Positions 17,339 through 30,260 of a stretch of 48,909 nt of DNA are shown piece by piece. The stretch is taken from the NCBI GenBank assembly GCA_001949185.1, contig BDGG01000003.1, positions 1 through 48,909 of the forward strand, given 5' to 3'. The stretch is from Ramazzottius varieornatus (Eukaryota; Animalia; Tardigrada). The position numbers and the translations under genes were made by a program. The notes beneath the pieces were generated by a model. The model was not told the origin of the DNA. It saw only the letters and a list, made by a program, of their open reading frames with translations, and ran no database searches. The stretch's first letter is position 1, and each line of letters starts with the position of its first letter.

Positions 17339-19377
17339 ATGGAGCAAGGATCTGGATTTACTGGAAATCTCGACGAACCCCCTGCTCCCTCTTCCAATGC
17401 TGCCGTTACGAGGTAATCTTCTCTCTTTGAAGAATGGTACAAACTCATTGATTTTCTGATTGTTTTGCAAAAATCTCCGATCGATTTTGATTGAGTGGCA
17501 TTTCCACTGCGTTATGTCATCGTGACGAAGCACTTTCACGGTTTTCCATTCACAAAACAAACATGAAGCAAACGATTTCCACTGTTGGATTGTAGCCATA
17601 CTTTTCCCCTTCTCGTAGCTATCGTAGCTAAAGCCCTTCTCGTAGCTATCGAAACTTGTTTCCTGGGTAATTTCCTGTATTTCACGGACGAGGAAGACAT
17701 GGCGGGACCTGTGGCCTCTCCCCCCACTTTGAGCTTTATCGCAAGTGTCGCTTCTGTCGTTTACAGGGCTGCTTCCCGCTGGCTTTCCTTATCTTCCTGG
17801 ATTCCTCGATGGGTACCCACCTCCGACGAAGCTCTAGCGGCTGCCGAACGGAAAATCCTCTCATGTGAGTCTAGTCTGTCCGAGAAAACCAGAAAACCGT
17901 TAAACACGGGTAAACAATTGGAATTTCTAATTTATCCAGCAGTGGTGACGCAACGGGTGGGCGGTGTCTTGTTGTTTGACTATTCCTGTCAACCAATAGA
18001 AATCTGCGTTTCTTAAAGAGCCGTCCTTCGATTCGTGATGTCAATAGTGGAAGATGTTCAGTGTTCGGTTCCTCCACTGTACACTTTTTTGTCTTTTTTT
18101 CCAGATTTGAAGACTCCCTATCAAAGCAGGTTCGTTACCGTCGATCCTGATCCCGCCGTCAAACGTCCCAAGCCCTACAAGATATGGACGTTGTCTATGA
18201 ATACACAACACCCCATCTCGCAGACCCCCATCGTCCTCGTCCACGGCTTCGGTGGCGGTGTCGGCATGTGGATCCACAACCTGGACGCCCTCTCCGCTAG
18301 ACGTCCCCTTTACGCCATGGACGTCTTGGGGTTCGGACAGTCTTCTCGGCCATCCTTCAGCAGCAACGCCGAGAGTGCCGAAGCGCAGTTTGTCGATTCC
18401 ATCGAAGCCTGGAGGAAAGAACTGAACTTGACCAAGTTCATCCTCCTGGGACACAGTCTGGGCGCCTTTCTCTGTGCGAGTTACGCGTTAAAATACCCTC
18501 AACACGTACGGCACCTCATCATGGTCGATCCGTGGGGTATGCCGGAGCTACCGAGTCAGAAAGAGACGCTGCATAGGCAAGCTCCTTTCTGGATCCGGAC
18601 AGCCGCGACAGTGATGCAGCCATTCAACCCACTCGCTGGACTTCGAGCTGCTGGACCTTGGGGTAAATTACTCGGTATTTTTCCCTTCTTTCCTCTGTTT
18701 TAAACTCTTTTGATCTCTGGTAGGTCCCAGACTAGTGACTAGACTCAGGCCGGACCTGCAGAGGAAATTTATAGATGTGGTCGAGGAGGAGAACGCAATC
18801 TTTGATTACATTTATCATCTCAACGCTCAGCATCCGAGGTGCGTTTTCGAAGGTGGCGCACGCTTCCAGTCAATGGCAGTGTTTACGTGCGCCACTTGAA
18901 ATTTCAATCTGGTTCAATGCATTCGCCCGCGTTCATGTTCGAGTGTTTATTTTTCGTCTGACGTATTTTGATGACATTGTGGTTGTTGTAGTGGGGAGGC
19001 AGCTTTCAAAACCATGACGAGTGGTTTCGGTTGGGCCAAGAATCACATGTCGACGAGGATGGGCACGATGGAAAGGACGTTACCGGTGTCGTTTGTGTAC
19101 GGTAAAAGATCGTGGATTGACCATAGTATTGCTTATACGGTAAAAGACAACCGCAAAGAATCCTTTACGGAAGTGATTGTAAGTCTCGCGCAACTGGACA
19201 TCCAATTACGTACTGTATTTCGGATCTTTTAAGTGGTCTTATTTTCTGGTTTCTTTTCTCCAGATGGTTGAAGGAGCTGGGCATCACGTCTATGCCGATA
19301 TGCCCAAAGAATTTAACCGTATTGTCGATGATATCTGCCAGAGAGTGGATAACGACGAGATTGGGAAACCTCTCTGA
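17339..19377 (+). CDS. ABHD4: ABHD4/ABHD5 (CGI-58) family alpha/beta hydrolase
   Basis: RWVPTS; PIVLVHGFGGG; DVLGFGQSSRP; LLGHSLGAFL (nucleophile Ser retained); VDPWG; GAGHHVYAD (HX4D). The start is uncertain: there is an alternative ATG at 17699 and possibly an upstream exon. Confidence 0.9.
18853..18895. repeat. Family A 43-bp palindromic element in an ABHD4 intron
   Basis: GTGGCGCAC-N25-GTGCGCCAC. Confidence 0.8.
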
Positions 19378-19785
19378 GAAAGATTTCATTTGTTAGTTTA
19401 TGCTACCAGCTCTGGAGCTCTCGCAGAAGTGTTTTTAATGGACAAATTTTCCTTGGTGTGAGATTTACGTCAGTTATCGACTTTAATGATTATCTGCTTG
19501 TGGAAGGAGACATTTTTATCGCACGAAATTTTTGTGTTTCTTGAGCTTCTCTTATCCTAACAGAGTTTTGGTGTACGTTCAAGTCCCACGGTCATTTTTG
19601 AGTTTTTACTTCTTGTTGTTACACTGAGGACTTCAGTCAAATCCAGAAATTCAAGGCTGTGCGGAGCTCTGTAAAGTTATTTCAGCCGCGTGGATTTCTG
19701 GGGAGTTACATAGTCCTCTGTTAAGGAAGCTTGGAGCCTTGGATGCAGCGCAATCGAACACGAAGATAAATACAAAAAGAAAAAA

Positions 19786-19858
19786 TGTTCACACCCGGGA
19801 TCGAACCGGGGACCTCCTGTGTGTGAGACAGGCGTGATAACCGCTACACCATGTGAAC
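19786..19858 (-). tRNA. tRNA-Val(CAC)
   Basis: GTTCACA TG GTGTAGCGGTTATCAC G CCTGT CTCACAC ACAGG AGGTC CCCGG TTCGATC CCGGG TGTGAAC A forms a full cloverleaf with A/B boxes, followed directly by a TTTTT Pol III terminator. Confidence 0.97.
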
Positions 19859-20374
19859 CGGTTCTTGTTATCCAGGGGAGGTTAATGTTTGGATATGTTT
19901 CATAGGAACGGTGCAGTAGTGTTTACATCGCGAGTTTTGTCACCTTTGTGCGGGAAGATTTTGGACCGATACAGTAACTTTCTAGTTCGCCATAAATTTC
20001 GGGAATGAAACAAGACGAAAAGCTGACTTCACTTCGAGGCAGCGCCGAATGAACTCAATGGAGTCATCGGAATTTCAATATCCAGGAGTGGAAGTTCGCG
20101 TGAACCCTCGCTGCCGACACCGAAACAGTCTCGCAAACTCGAACACAGGTCTTCAGTCCAGAACTGTACTTCACGCATTTATGACGCATTTATGCAGTGA
20201 AAAATTGATAGCGAAGGACAACTTCAATTTAGATAAAGTTAAAAAACAACGTAGCATGTAAAACCTACGCCGATGCAAAAATCACGACCAAAACGATGAC
20301 ATTCCCTGTCCCCCCAAATGCTAAAACTAGAACTCAAGAAACTTGCGAGAATGTAAAGCAATTTAGATCCATTT

Positions 20375-22444
20375 CTACACAGCTTTCCCCAAGTTCATAT
20401 CGACACGCAGAGTAATCCAAGTCGTTTGAATCTGCGGCTCCTTCGGCTTCGGTTCACCACTCGAACTGTTAGTCAAATCCGTTCCAGAAGCCGAAGTAAA
20501 CAGAGTGTTCTGTACTTCCTGGTAGTCGTACGTGATCATGAACGATACCTGCAATAAAAGAAACAAGTCGAACATCAAGAAACAAAGCAAAGAAACTTTG
20601 TCTGTTGTACCCAATTGTCCATTTCTTTTGAAACCGGCGTACAAGTAAACTTCAAGCCGACCGTATACAGTTTCCTGAAAGCAACGAAAGAAGATTCTTC
20701 CCTAGCCAAAGCCCCAGTACCCTCACTCGGCTTCTCATCTGCCACACAGAGTCGGCTGAGGATTGTAACGGGTGTAGAAGGGAGTTCCACGTTCTGGACT
20801 GCAACGCCGTTAATCCAGCTCGGCATCACTTCCGCTTCCGGGACAGGGCTAAACGACATCTGAATGTCGTTCACAAATGGGTTCTTCACGGTCACGACGA
20901 AAGTGCAAGACTTGCCGACAGTTAGGGAGGGCTTACAGGGCTTGATGGTTGGGACGAGAAGTGGCGCAGAGCTGTTGATCTTGAACTTCACCGTGTGTGC
21001 TGCAAAACAAGTTAGCCAATCAACCACAGCCCAATCAAAGAAAACGCTGCTTATGACATTACATGACGGACATTACAAGATAACCATGACATAGCACCAC
21101 GACACTGACAAACACGAGATTGATTATTGATTGTGACGTATGAGCTCAACCGGAAGTGGAAGTTTGTGGAACTCCCCGCACGAACTTCAGGGTTCTCGAA
21201 GAGTTTCTTAAGATTTTTCTTGAAAACTTACCAGCAGCAAAGTCGGTCTTCGTCATGACGTGTTGGCAGGCTTTACATCGCGACAGCTTCTTGACCACCA
21301 GCGGCTTGTTCCTCGGCAAGAGCTTTTCCGCCGTCAACGGCTGTTCACCAGGATAGCAAAGCCTCTTATCCAACGTCAGCCGTTTCTGTGCTTCCTCCAC
21401 GCTCACTGATCTCAGAAGTTTCTCATCCGAACACTCGGTCAGGTTATCCAGGTACCCGACGTTGGGTAACCGAGCTTGCAGAACCACCATGTCCGGTGGA
21501 GCTGCACTGGCGGCACTGATTCGCTTCTGCGCCACGGAGACTAACTTGTACTTGTCAGCGATGAACGGGTAACCCGGTCGGTACTTCTTGGGCTTCTGGT
21601 TCTTGGAAATCATACTAGCGCGATCCGTGATGCTCTGGCCGCGGTAGTAATCGGCTAGGGCGAGGACGTCGGCGTGAGTGGAGGAGGACGGCTTGAAGTT
21701 CCAGGGTGACACGACGGAAGACTGCTTTGTGGCGTCGGGGATGCCCGCGGAACGAGTGGACCACCGACATGTCCGACAAACTAGATGAAACTTCCTGAAC
21801 AAAAACACTACAGGACTGATTTCCACTCAAGTCTGAATTATTTCGACGAATCATATAAAGGACGTAATTTTTCGGAAGTACGACTGTACGAGTATTCATA
21901 CTTTTCTTGCAACGCTTTCGCTTCTGCAGACAGGTCTTCAGGTGCAACTTCTCCACTACTAACAATAGAGCTTCTCACGATTAAAGCCTGCGAGCAGACC
22001 GGACATTCGAAACACTGGGGGCAACTGCAACAAAACACAGAACACGTCATTGACAAAAGTAACATTAAATCTGGCGCTATGATAAGTCAGACCGTAAATT
22101 AGCAACCCCAGTCTACAGCCAGCGTGACGTTCTGTTCTGGGTCGTCATTTACGGACCGTAAGGCAAAGTGCACCAAGTTTAAATCGTTCGTGAGGAGAAA
22201 TGAAAGTTGAGCATTACCCGTGCTCCTTCTCGCTTGTTTCACTGTGAGTGAAGGTTTCCGAACAGCTGGTGCATCGTAGAACCTCAATTTCCTCTTGGAT
22301 ACCGTTCCGATTGCGGAGTTGCTTACAATGTCGGCAAAAGTGGAGCCAAAACACGGATCCGTGGACGTCGCCGTCAGAGTAGATTACCTTGTCTCCTTGA
22401 GCCAGAAATGGTGGAAGGAAAGCGGTAGGAATCGTTGTAGACAT
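20375..22444 (-). CDS. DCTN4: Dynactin subunit 4 (p62)
   Basis: LHFCRHCKQLR; CPQCFECPVCSQAL; HLVCRTCRWSTRSAGIPD; LLPRNKPLVVKKLSRCKACQH; FKINSSA; C-terminal beta-rich domain. Confidence 0.92.
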
Positions 22445-22825
22445 CTTAACCAGTACTTGGCTCGAACACGGTGAGATCTGTTTTCGGAGCTCGAGGAACA
22501 GTGGAAAATCCGACTTCATCCGAAGATGTTAGAGAGAAACCGATAAGATCTGGATTCTGGAATTCCGAGGAAAATAGCCCTTCGATTGATCAAGTGATCA
22601 GATACAGCCTTGCGATTTGCGAATTGATTGAGACTCACTGAGTTGAATTGATTGAATGCAAACAAAAGAATTTCTCGTTTCTTAATCGTGAATTTCCTCC
22701 CCAGACTTTTGTGTTCGGTTTCTTCTTTCCGGTAGTCTGACTTAATCCAGGACTTAATTCCTCCTCTAGAGTTGACTGCCAACCCCGGTTAGTGGATGTG
22801 CTAGGCGAAAGCGTCTTCATTGGAG

Positions 22826-25127
22826 ATGGACCGTAGGGGAGCAGTGCAAGCCGCGACGCTTGTTGTGATGGGAGCGATCGGCTTCACCTTGCGTCTTCCA
22901 TCACTTTCCCCTGGAGTGCAAAGATTTGTGGAGGATCGCGTGGAGTTTTCTGTTCCAACAAATGCATGGCGCAGAGGTACGAACCACTGTTTTCACAGTT
23001 GTGCTGTTTGAGCACGCAATGCGATGACAATATTCGTTTCGAACGAACTGACTCGAATGTCGCGCATTGCATCGCTTCTTTCAGCAAGTGCGCAATTTGA
23101 TTGGATTATTAGTATTTATCTTTTTACCTTTTTTCTTTTCTTCTAGCGGCCGAAGGCGTCTTTCTTCACGAATCCGGAGTGGATCCTTACGAAGGCGATA
23201 TGTACCACGAGGTAAGCTTGACACTATAAAGGATCTGATCGTATAGCGAGGATTTTAATATATGGATTCTCTGTGTTTGCAGACGCCTCTGTGCCTGATA
23301 TTTCTAACCAAAGCGAAAAGCCTTGGCGAGACATTCCTGAATCGATTATTTCCAGTACGCATAACGTTTCCGCATCTCACCTTCTTCCCATAACTGGTGC
23401 ATAAGTTACATTCCAGTCTGCACGGTATTTATTTTTCGCAGGCTTGTGATATCTTGACGGCGATATGCCTGTATTTCTTCGCCAAGAACCTCGTTGAAGC
23501 GATGGTTCGTGCTTTTTCAACTCTTCAATTTCTCGAACTCTTCAAGGCCTTTCTGACTTGTTTGCATATTTTTTTCACCAGATAATCCAGCAGAGAAAGG
23601 ATTATGCATCACTCAAGCCGAAAGTGCAGCTGTTATTGACGCCCTTCGAAGATATCCCCAAGGTCCCGCTGGCTGTGTTCATATGGTACACGTACAATTT
23701 GCTTCCCCGTTTTCGTTTCCTTATGAAACTTGCATGATGAACTATCTGCCTGCACGTTACTTGGTTCGCACGAGATGTATGCAATACGGTTATTCCTTTG
23801 TAGGTATATATTAAATCCTTTCGTCATTGGATCCTGCATGGCGAAAACCACGTCGGTCTTCACTAACCTCCTTCTCGCAGCCATGCTTCTCTTCACGTCT
23901 TTCGGTGAGGCAAACAAGAAGATTTTTTGGTGCCCCACGTCTCGATTTTATGCGTATCCTATTATACGGTAATTATTTTTATAGAGTAGTGTTGCAGTAT
24001 TTTCCGTTGTAGGCTCCAACCCAGTTGCACGAGTAGCATCACTTGTCTTCCTCGCGCTGGCCAGTTACCAGACGCTTTACCTCTTCCTCTTATTTCCCGC
24101 GCTACACCTTTATTTGATGGTAATTTTCACCCAGAGGTTGCTCTGTTGCTAGTTAGACTCTATAGCTCTACTTTGCAGACATCCGTGCCCGATAAACAAC
24201 GTTCGCGGCTGTGGTACGAGCTTGGACATCTGGTGGTCAACCTTGGCATCTTCGGTGTGACGCTGTCCGGCCTGGTCATCTTTTCCAGCATGATCATGGG
24301 CTCCTGGACCTTCCTTCGGGGCGTTTACGTCTTTGCGTAAGTTTCTGGAAAAATTAGAAATATTCAAGAATTCACAAACGGGTTTTCTCTCGTTGCAGCG
24401 TCTCGTCGCCAGACTTGACGCCGAACATTGGGCTCTTCTGGTACTTCTTTACGGAGATGTTCGAGCAGTTTCGAACCTTCTTCGTCTGTACATTCTTTAT
24501 GAATGTTTGTCTGTATGCCATACCTGTGGCCACAAAACTTAGGTAATTGATTGTCTTGAAGTTTTCCGCGATATTTTTCCAACCGGAAGTGGTTCTTCTT
24601 TTTTAACTTTTCAGGCATGATCCACCGTTCGCCATCTTCGTTTTGCTGATTCTCATAACCATCTTCAAGCCGTATCCTTCGTACGGAGACGTTGGGTTCT
24701 ACATGAGCCTGTTTCCCATTTGGAGAAGGCTTGAACCGCGTAAGATTCCTGCAAGTTTTGGTAATAAGGAAGCTTTGTTGAATGAGTGCATTCTTCTGGT
24801 TTGTTCTAGTAATGAAGCAGACGCTGATTGTCAGCGTGATGCTGCTGATAGCTGTGGTCTTGTTTCCCGTTTTGTGGAAACTTTGGATCATCGCCGGAAG
24901 TGCCAATTCAAATTTCTTTTATGCCATTACCTTAGTTTTCATAGCATCTCAGGTAAGATAAACTTCTGAGATTCCGTAGTGTGATTCCGCAATGTGTCAC
25001 CCTCGTTTGTGAGTATACATCTTACCGACAGGTCTTCTTTGTGTGCGATGTGACTCTCGCCCACGAAAAGCGCCAATGGCAGCTGAAGAACAACGCCGAA
25101 ACCTTGGAAGCCATTCATTTGGACTAA
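22826..25127 (+). CDS. PIGU: GPI transamidase subunit PIG-U (multi-exon)
   Basis: [14 protein letters not shown]; [12 protein letters not shown]; [11 protein letters not shown]; [20 protein letters not shown]; [10 protein letters not shown]; [17 protein letters not shown]. Confidence 0.95.
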
Positions 25128-25466
25128 TCTTCCGCACTGACCACGACATTCGAAAAGTCGAGAGTTATCCTTCCTTTTGCCTCTCTTTCAAGCCAGTACT
25201 TTTGCTGATATCTGACCATTTGGGATTTGCGGACATTGTATCTTTTTTGTTCTTTTGTAGTTTTTTTTGTAGTGAGTCGGTTTCCATGCAAGGACAGTAT
25301 AATTCGTACGAAGAGAAAATTAAGCAATCAATCAATTGATTGATCCTCCGGTTTTGCGATATCAAACTCGACCAGAAGTCGTTCTGTCTTGAATCTAACG
25401 AAACAACTCATCACATACAAATCACGCTGGATAAACACGTCGCTTTGCTGGAAGGATGTGCCCGAT

Positions 25467-28092
25467 ATGCAGATTCGTGTGAATTTATTCCTCCTCATTC
25501 AAATTCTCGCAGGACATCACCTCCTTGTGTACGGAGAAACTCAATCCCCAGAAGCCCTGTTTTGTCAGAAGCTCCACATCTATCGCTACACATTACGCGT
25601 CAAAGACCCGGTCCCCATCTTCCTGGAAGCCACTCTGGGTGAAACCCTGGAGATTCCTTGTCCGTTGTGTATTGACAACCCCAAACAGCCAGCCAACTGG
25701 TTTGTGCAACGTCATACTGCTAAGTTCGAAACAACTCCACCGTACCTCGTCAAGGACGACAACCTTCTGAAACTGGAGAGGGGTATTTACCCTCCTGCCA
25801 ACACTTCTGTCGAGGAGATCACCGACGACCCTTTCACCTTCGACGAGTTCAACCGGATCTTCGTGCAAAAGAGCAACAACCTTGTCATCCGGAACCTCAG
25901 TGGTGAGTTTGAGCAACGTCCTTGCACAAGCGTATCAATAGGTATAAACGTGATACGTGTAGAACGCGTGACGTAGAGCTCGCGATCATCTTCCAGAATG
26001 CAGATCCAAAGCTGCAAGAGGAGACGTCGTCATGCGGGTGTTGCTCTGAATACCGTGGCTCTGGATTCCTGCCTGCTGTCGTAAAGAGCCAGCTTTGTTT
26101 TGGTGGTTAACCAATATATCGGTCTGGCCCTTGGGCGAAAAAAATTCAAAATACTGTAAACAGTGTGAAAAACTTCCTTGGAGTTGGAGCTAAAGTTTTT
26201 CTTCCGTTTGTCAACGCGCTGAGTTGAAACGCACTACAAGAGGAGGGGGAGTGTTAGCGGGTAACGCGCAACACATGCGGAAGAAAGAGAACTAACCAAC
26301 TCGCAATTTTTTCCGAAAGATACCCCTCGAAAAGTGACAATTTCAATCTTTCGAAACCTAAGTACAAGCTCCTTGCGCCTGCAACCAGACTGGACAACCG
26401 TAGGTTTTAACGGTCAACCGAAGGTCCAAGAAGCAACAGCTGTGTCGATTCGAAGCCGTTTTTACTACGTATTTGTAGTGGTTTACTTTAGTGAGTGATC
26501 TGGGACTATACACCTGCAAAGTCGCCGCTACGAAAGAATCCAACGGCTTCCTGTACTACGTTCGAGGTCTCATTCACAAAGACCCCATTATCCTTCCGCT
26601 CGACAACGAGACCTATGGCTTCACCGGGAAGAAGTCACTGGATCTGGCTTTCAAGCCGCGACCACACAGCCCTCCAATCAAGATTCAGCTCGTCCACGTC
26701 GACCTGGTCCCACAAGCATGGTCGGAGTGTACGTCGTGTGGAGATATCGCCGGCCAACAAGAACAGCTGCTGGAATGCCGAGTCAAGTTTGTCTATCCTC
26801 AAGGTGATCAAGATGAGTTCAGGAGACGCTACGCTGCACTAGGCTCGGAAGGTCTGGGCAACATCGAGCGGTACCTTGCCTCGATGAATCGAAAGTTCAT
26901 GGCGGACTACGAAGAGAAGATGACCATGGTTGGTCTGTTGCGAGCCTGTGTCTTGACGGGCATGTCGGATACGCGGAGGTTTCAGCAATGCCAGGAAAAG
27001 ATTTACTATCAGGACGATCTCGGTTTCAAGAACGGGACAAGCTGCAGGAGCCTGCTCCACCTAAATTGGTAAGACGACACTCTGCGCAACCGGTGAGATA
27101 CTTTGGTATTGGAGATATCATAGCTGCATACAAGTCGTCGCTATGGATTAACGGTGCGCTGTATGCAGGTGCACAAAACACTAAATAGACACTTGCTAAG
27201 TAAACACCTGCATGCCCGTTCACCGCAGAGATCGTGTACTATACTGTATGCAGGTTTGCAGACGTTCTTTATGGACTGGTCGGATGCTGTGACGGTTACT
27301 CTGTAGCGAAGTTACTCAAATTAATCGTCGAAAGTCGTGTTTCAGGTGGACATACGAAGCAGGAAAAGAAGAGATCATTTTTCCGCCACCGCAGCTCATC
27401 GGCGGGGTACTTCGCTCCCGAACGTGCAAGGTCCCGTGCCCCGTCGACGAAAGTGGCAAAGTCGTGGGTCTGGCCGCGAAGAAGGTGAAAGCGAAGAAGT
27501 TCCTCAAACGTCGTGGTCTCAACCTGAAACTCATCCGACAGAAGCAAAAGAAAAGAAAGACCGCCATACGGAAACCCAAAAGACATGTCATCAACGAGTT
27601 CGCCGGTACTTCGATCAAGCTCAGCTGCCCGACGGCCAAGATGGATAATGTACTCTTGTGGAAAAACGGAACGCTGGACTTGAACCCATACTCCATCGGC
27701 GAGGAAAGCGGAGGAAAAATCACGTACATCAACAATCTAGTGTTGTATATTCGTAAGCTGACCAAATACGACTCTCAAGTTTACAGGTAAGCCACACTCA
27801 ATTCCTGTTACACTGATGTAATGTTGGCCTTTTTTCTACGCGGGGTTACAGTTGTTGGCAAGAGGATCAGCTGAAAGCGGAAGTGGAAATCAAAGTGGTC
27901 AAGCCCAAAGAGGCGCCACCGGACTTGAGGGTTGCGCTGTTGTACTTGGCGGTGGGCCTCGCCTTCGACGTCCTGATCTTTCTCGCCTTGATGGTGGTTC
28001 GGCATCGACAACGGAAAGCGGTTCGGATGAAAGGCTACAAAGAACTTTACGATGATACAACCGTACAGAAAAACATACCAGTAAAGCAATAA
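25467..28092 (+). CDS. FAM187A-like single-pass Ig-domain membrane protein
   Basis: Signal peptide; Ig domain (LEIPCPLC...W...LVIRNLS|VSDLGLYTC); Cys-rich WSECTSCG...RTCKVPCP; second Ig domain (IKLSCP...W...LYIRKL...YSCW); TM helix VALLYLAVGLAFDVLIFLALMVV; short tail. Confidence 0.7.
27122..27255. repeat. Family B inverted motif pairs (two units) in an intron of the Ig gene
   Basis: AGCTGCATAC-N29-GTATGCAGGT (27122-27170) and ACCTGCATGC-N30-GTATGCAGGT (27206-27255). Confidence 0.75.
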
Positions 28093-28185
28093 CCCCATCG
28101 GATGGGGTCTTGACTTTTGCCAAACTGGTCGAACAGAACCCATGCGGGATTTTTAGTGCCAAAGAAATTACTGAAATGAAGAGAA

Positions 28186-28823
28186 GCGATGCTTGAGTGT
28201 CTGCGGGTCGTTTGAAGATGGACTTCACACTGGGCTGTTTACGAGTTGTCGTCGAGCAAACTGTGATGGTGGTGCGTTGTGAGTGGAAGAATGGGCCATT
28301 GTTCGCCAATGGACGAGTAATGAAGTTGGTGTTGAACGATTTGCCATGGCCGTGTTTATTATTCGCCGACAAATAAGATGGAGAAGGTCGCCGATCGTAA
28401 ACAGTTTATTGGCCAGCTGACGCTCATCTCGACATTGCCGAAGAAAATGGCGAAGGGGGCACCACCTGCCGGCTCACAGCTTCGCTGCTTTGTCACGGTG
28501 TTGTAAATAGCCTGCGAGATTCAATTTGTTGAGAAGCGAAAAAGCTTGTCAGTACAGTCTTCGGTGAAATGGAATGTTAACGAAGAGCGCATGCTTGATT
28601 TGATGGATAGCGTGTAATGATGAGCTTTGGTTGCTGGTTCGAATCGTTGATGGTACAGAACAACCTGTGATTAACAGCTATTAAAGTCACCTTCGCCCAT
28701 TCAGCCACTTTATTATTCTGCCATACGACAAGACCGTGCGGCATATTTGTGATCAAATAGTCGCTGGACTACTTTGCAAAAGTACCAGTAGCCAGGGACC
28801 ACCCTGGCGTTCGTTGCATCTTG
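28186..28823 (+). repeat. Inverted repeat block A (partner 36141-36803)
   Basis: Reverse-complement match. The outer half is diverged with indels; the inner ~310 bp has only a few mismatches. Confidence 0.95.
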
Positions 28824-29029
28824 AAATGTCGAAACACGAACTCCATCCGACTGGCTTATCACTGTAACCAAGAAATAATTTTGGAACCACAAGTCTTGTG
28901 GGAATATTGAATCGAACAGACGGAGCTCTGGAGAACGCGAGGGCCGCGAGTCCACCACCTAACCTCAAATTTCCCTTCCAAATTCGCTAGTCCAGAATAG
29001 ACTGATTATTAACAGCAGTGTGGTTTGAA

Positions 29030-29322
29030 ATTATCGAACAGATCTTGTTATCGCCTTCACATATTTCTGTCAAGTTTTATTGACTGATGGTTATTTGAGA
29101 AACCCTGCCGCTGATTTGGCCAAACAAGGTGGCAAGTTGTGGACGGTGTTAACGTGTGAGAACCTCCGCAGGATGCCACCCAATCTCCTTTTTCTCTTGT
29201 CGTGCTGATTAATTAAACACTTAGCTCGTTAGTGGCCACCCACATTTAGTGCTGCATTAACTTTCACTAGACATGACAAGATCTACATCTCTTGAACGCT
29301 TCTTCGGGTCACGCCAATTAAG
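29030..29322 (+). repeat. Inverted repeat block D (partner ~35656-35945), diverged
   Basis: For example ccctgccgctgatttggcYaaacaaggtggcaagttgtgga is shared. Roughly three-quarters identical by eye. Confidence 0.85.
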
Positions 29323-29819
29323 GTGATCCTTCGGACCCGAAAGGCTTGTAAATGCCGATTTTAGAAATATTGTACAAATAAAACAAGCCTTCCTCTGTCA
29401 ATCTACCCTGTCAGAATGTAAGTTGATATACTGTAATCGAAAAAGTTGAGGACTATATCTACTGAAGGTGCCTCGACGAGGAAGTTCGGTGCGTCTAAAT
29501 CTAGTGAATAATGCCTACGACGGCAGAGAGATGTATCGGAGCACTGACTATCTACCTCAATGGCCAATGCCTACTTATGACTTGGGCACATAGGTATCAG
29601 CCAGCGGTGTATGTACAGTATTTGGCTTTGACTTGGGAGACAATGCGATGAAGACGTTGATGGTGCAATTAACACCTTATGAAATACAAATGCGTGGAAA
29701 CTGACCTAGTCAGCCGGTCAGTCAGCACTGAAAAGAAGGAAGTAGAAGAGACAAGATAAACAGCAATCTCTTTATGCTCTCATCCCCAAAGGTCGGGTCG
29801 ACCCTCAGACCTCAACCGA

Positions 29820-29975
29820 GTCCCGTCACCGACACAACAGTGGTACCATACGGTTCGGACAGACAGAGTCGGACTGACCACTGTCTGACCAACGTGTGAT
29901 AACGGCCAACAGCTCATTTGATTCACAATTGACCTATTCAACCAGATGCATAATTTGACCAACACTTGGTCGACA
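29820..29975 (+). repeat. Inverted repeat blocks E (29820-29870, partner ~35595-35640) and B (29880-29975, partner 33920-34015), fused
   Basis: B has one mismatch in ~95 bp. E is a short diverged match (tcaccgac..aacagYggta..gacWgagtc). Confidence 0.85.
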
Positions 29976-30260
29976 CCGCCACCACGATATGTATTTAGCT
30001 AACAGCTGGCTTCCAGCTAATACATACATCGTGCCACCCCCATTCAATCGTTCTACGACAAACCTTGAGTCCACCGTCCGAAAAAGACAACAACATCCGT
30101 TCCACGTACAGTGGTGTCTTCGAGGAAGCCAGTCTTCCCCCGGGTTTTGTAACTGCGAACTCGTTTCTGGTACGAGAATCTACCGGCTTACGGGGAACAC
30201 CACAAGGAAACCTGAACCACCGAAGGTTAAAATGAGTTTCCGCGCACTTGACACACCGAG

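Noticed and set aside
19642-19702. Imperfect hairpin in the ABHD4 3' region as a miRNA precursor
   Set aside because: Large loop, bulged stem and no recognisable mature miRNA.
27122-27255. CRISPR-like array (short repeats with ~30-nt unique spacers)
   Set aside because: Repeats are only 10 bp, alternate in orientation, lie in spliceosomal introns, and no cas genes are present.
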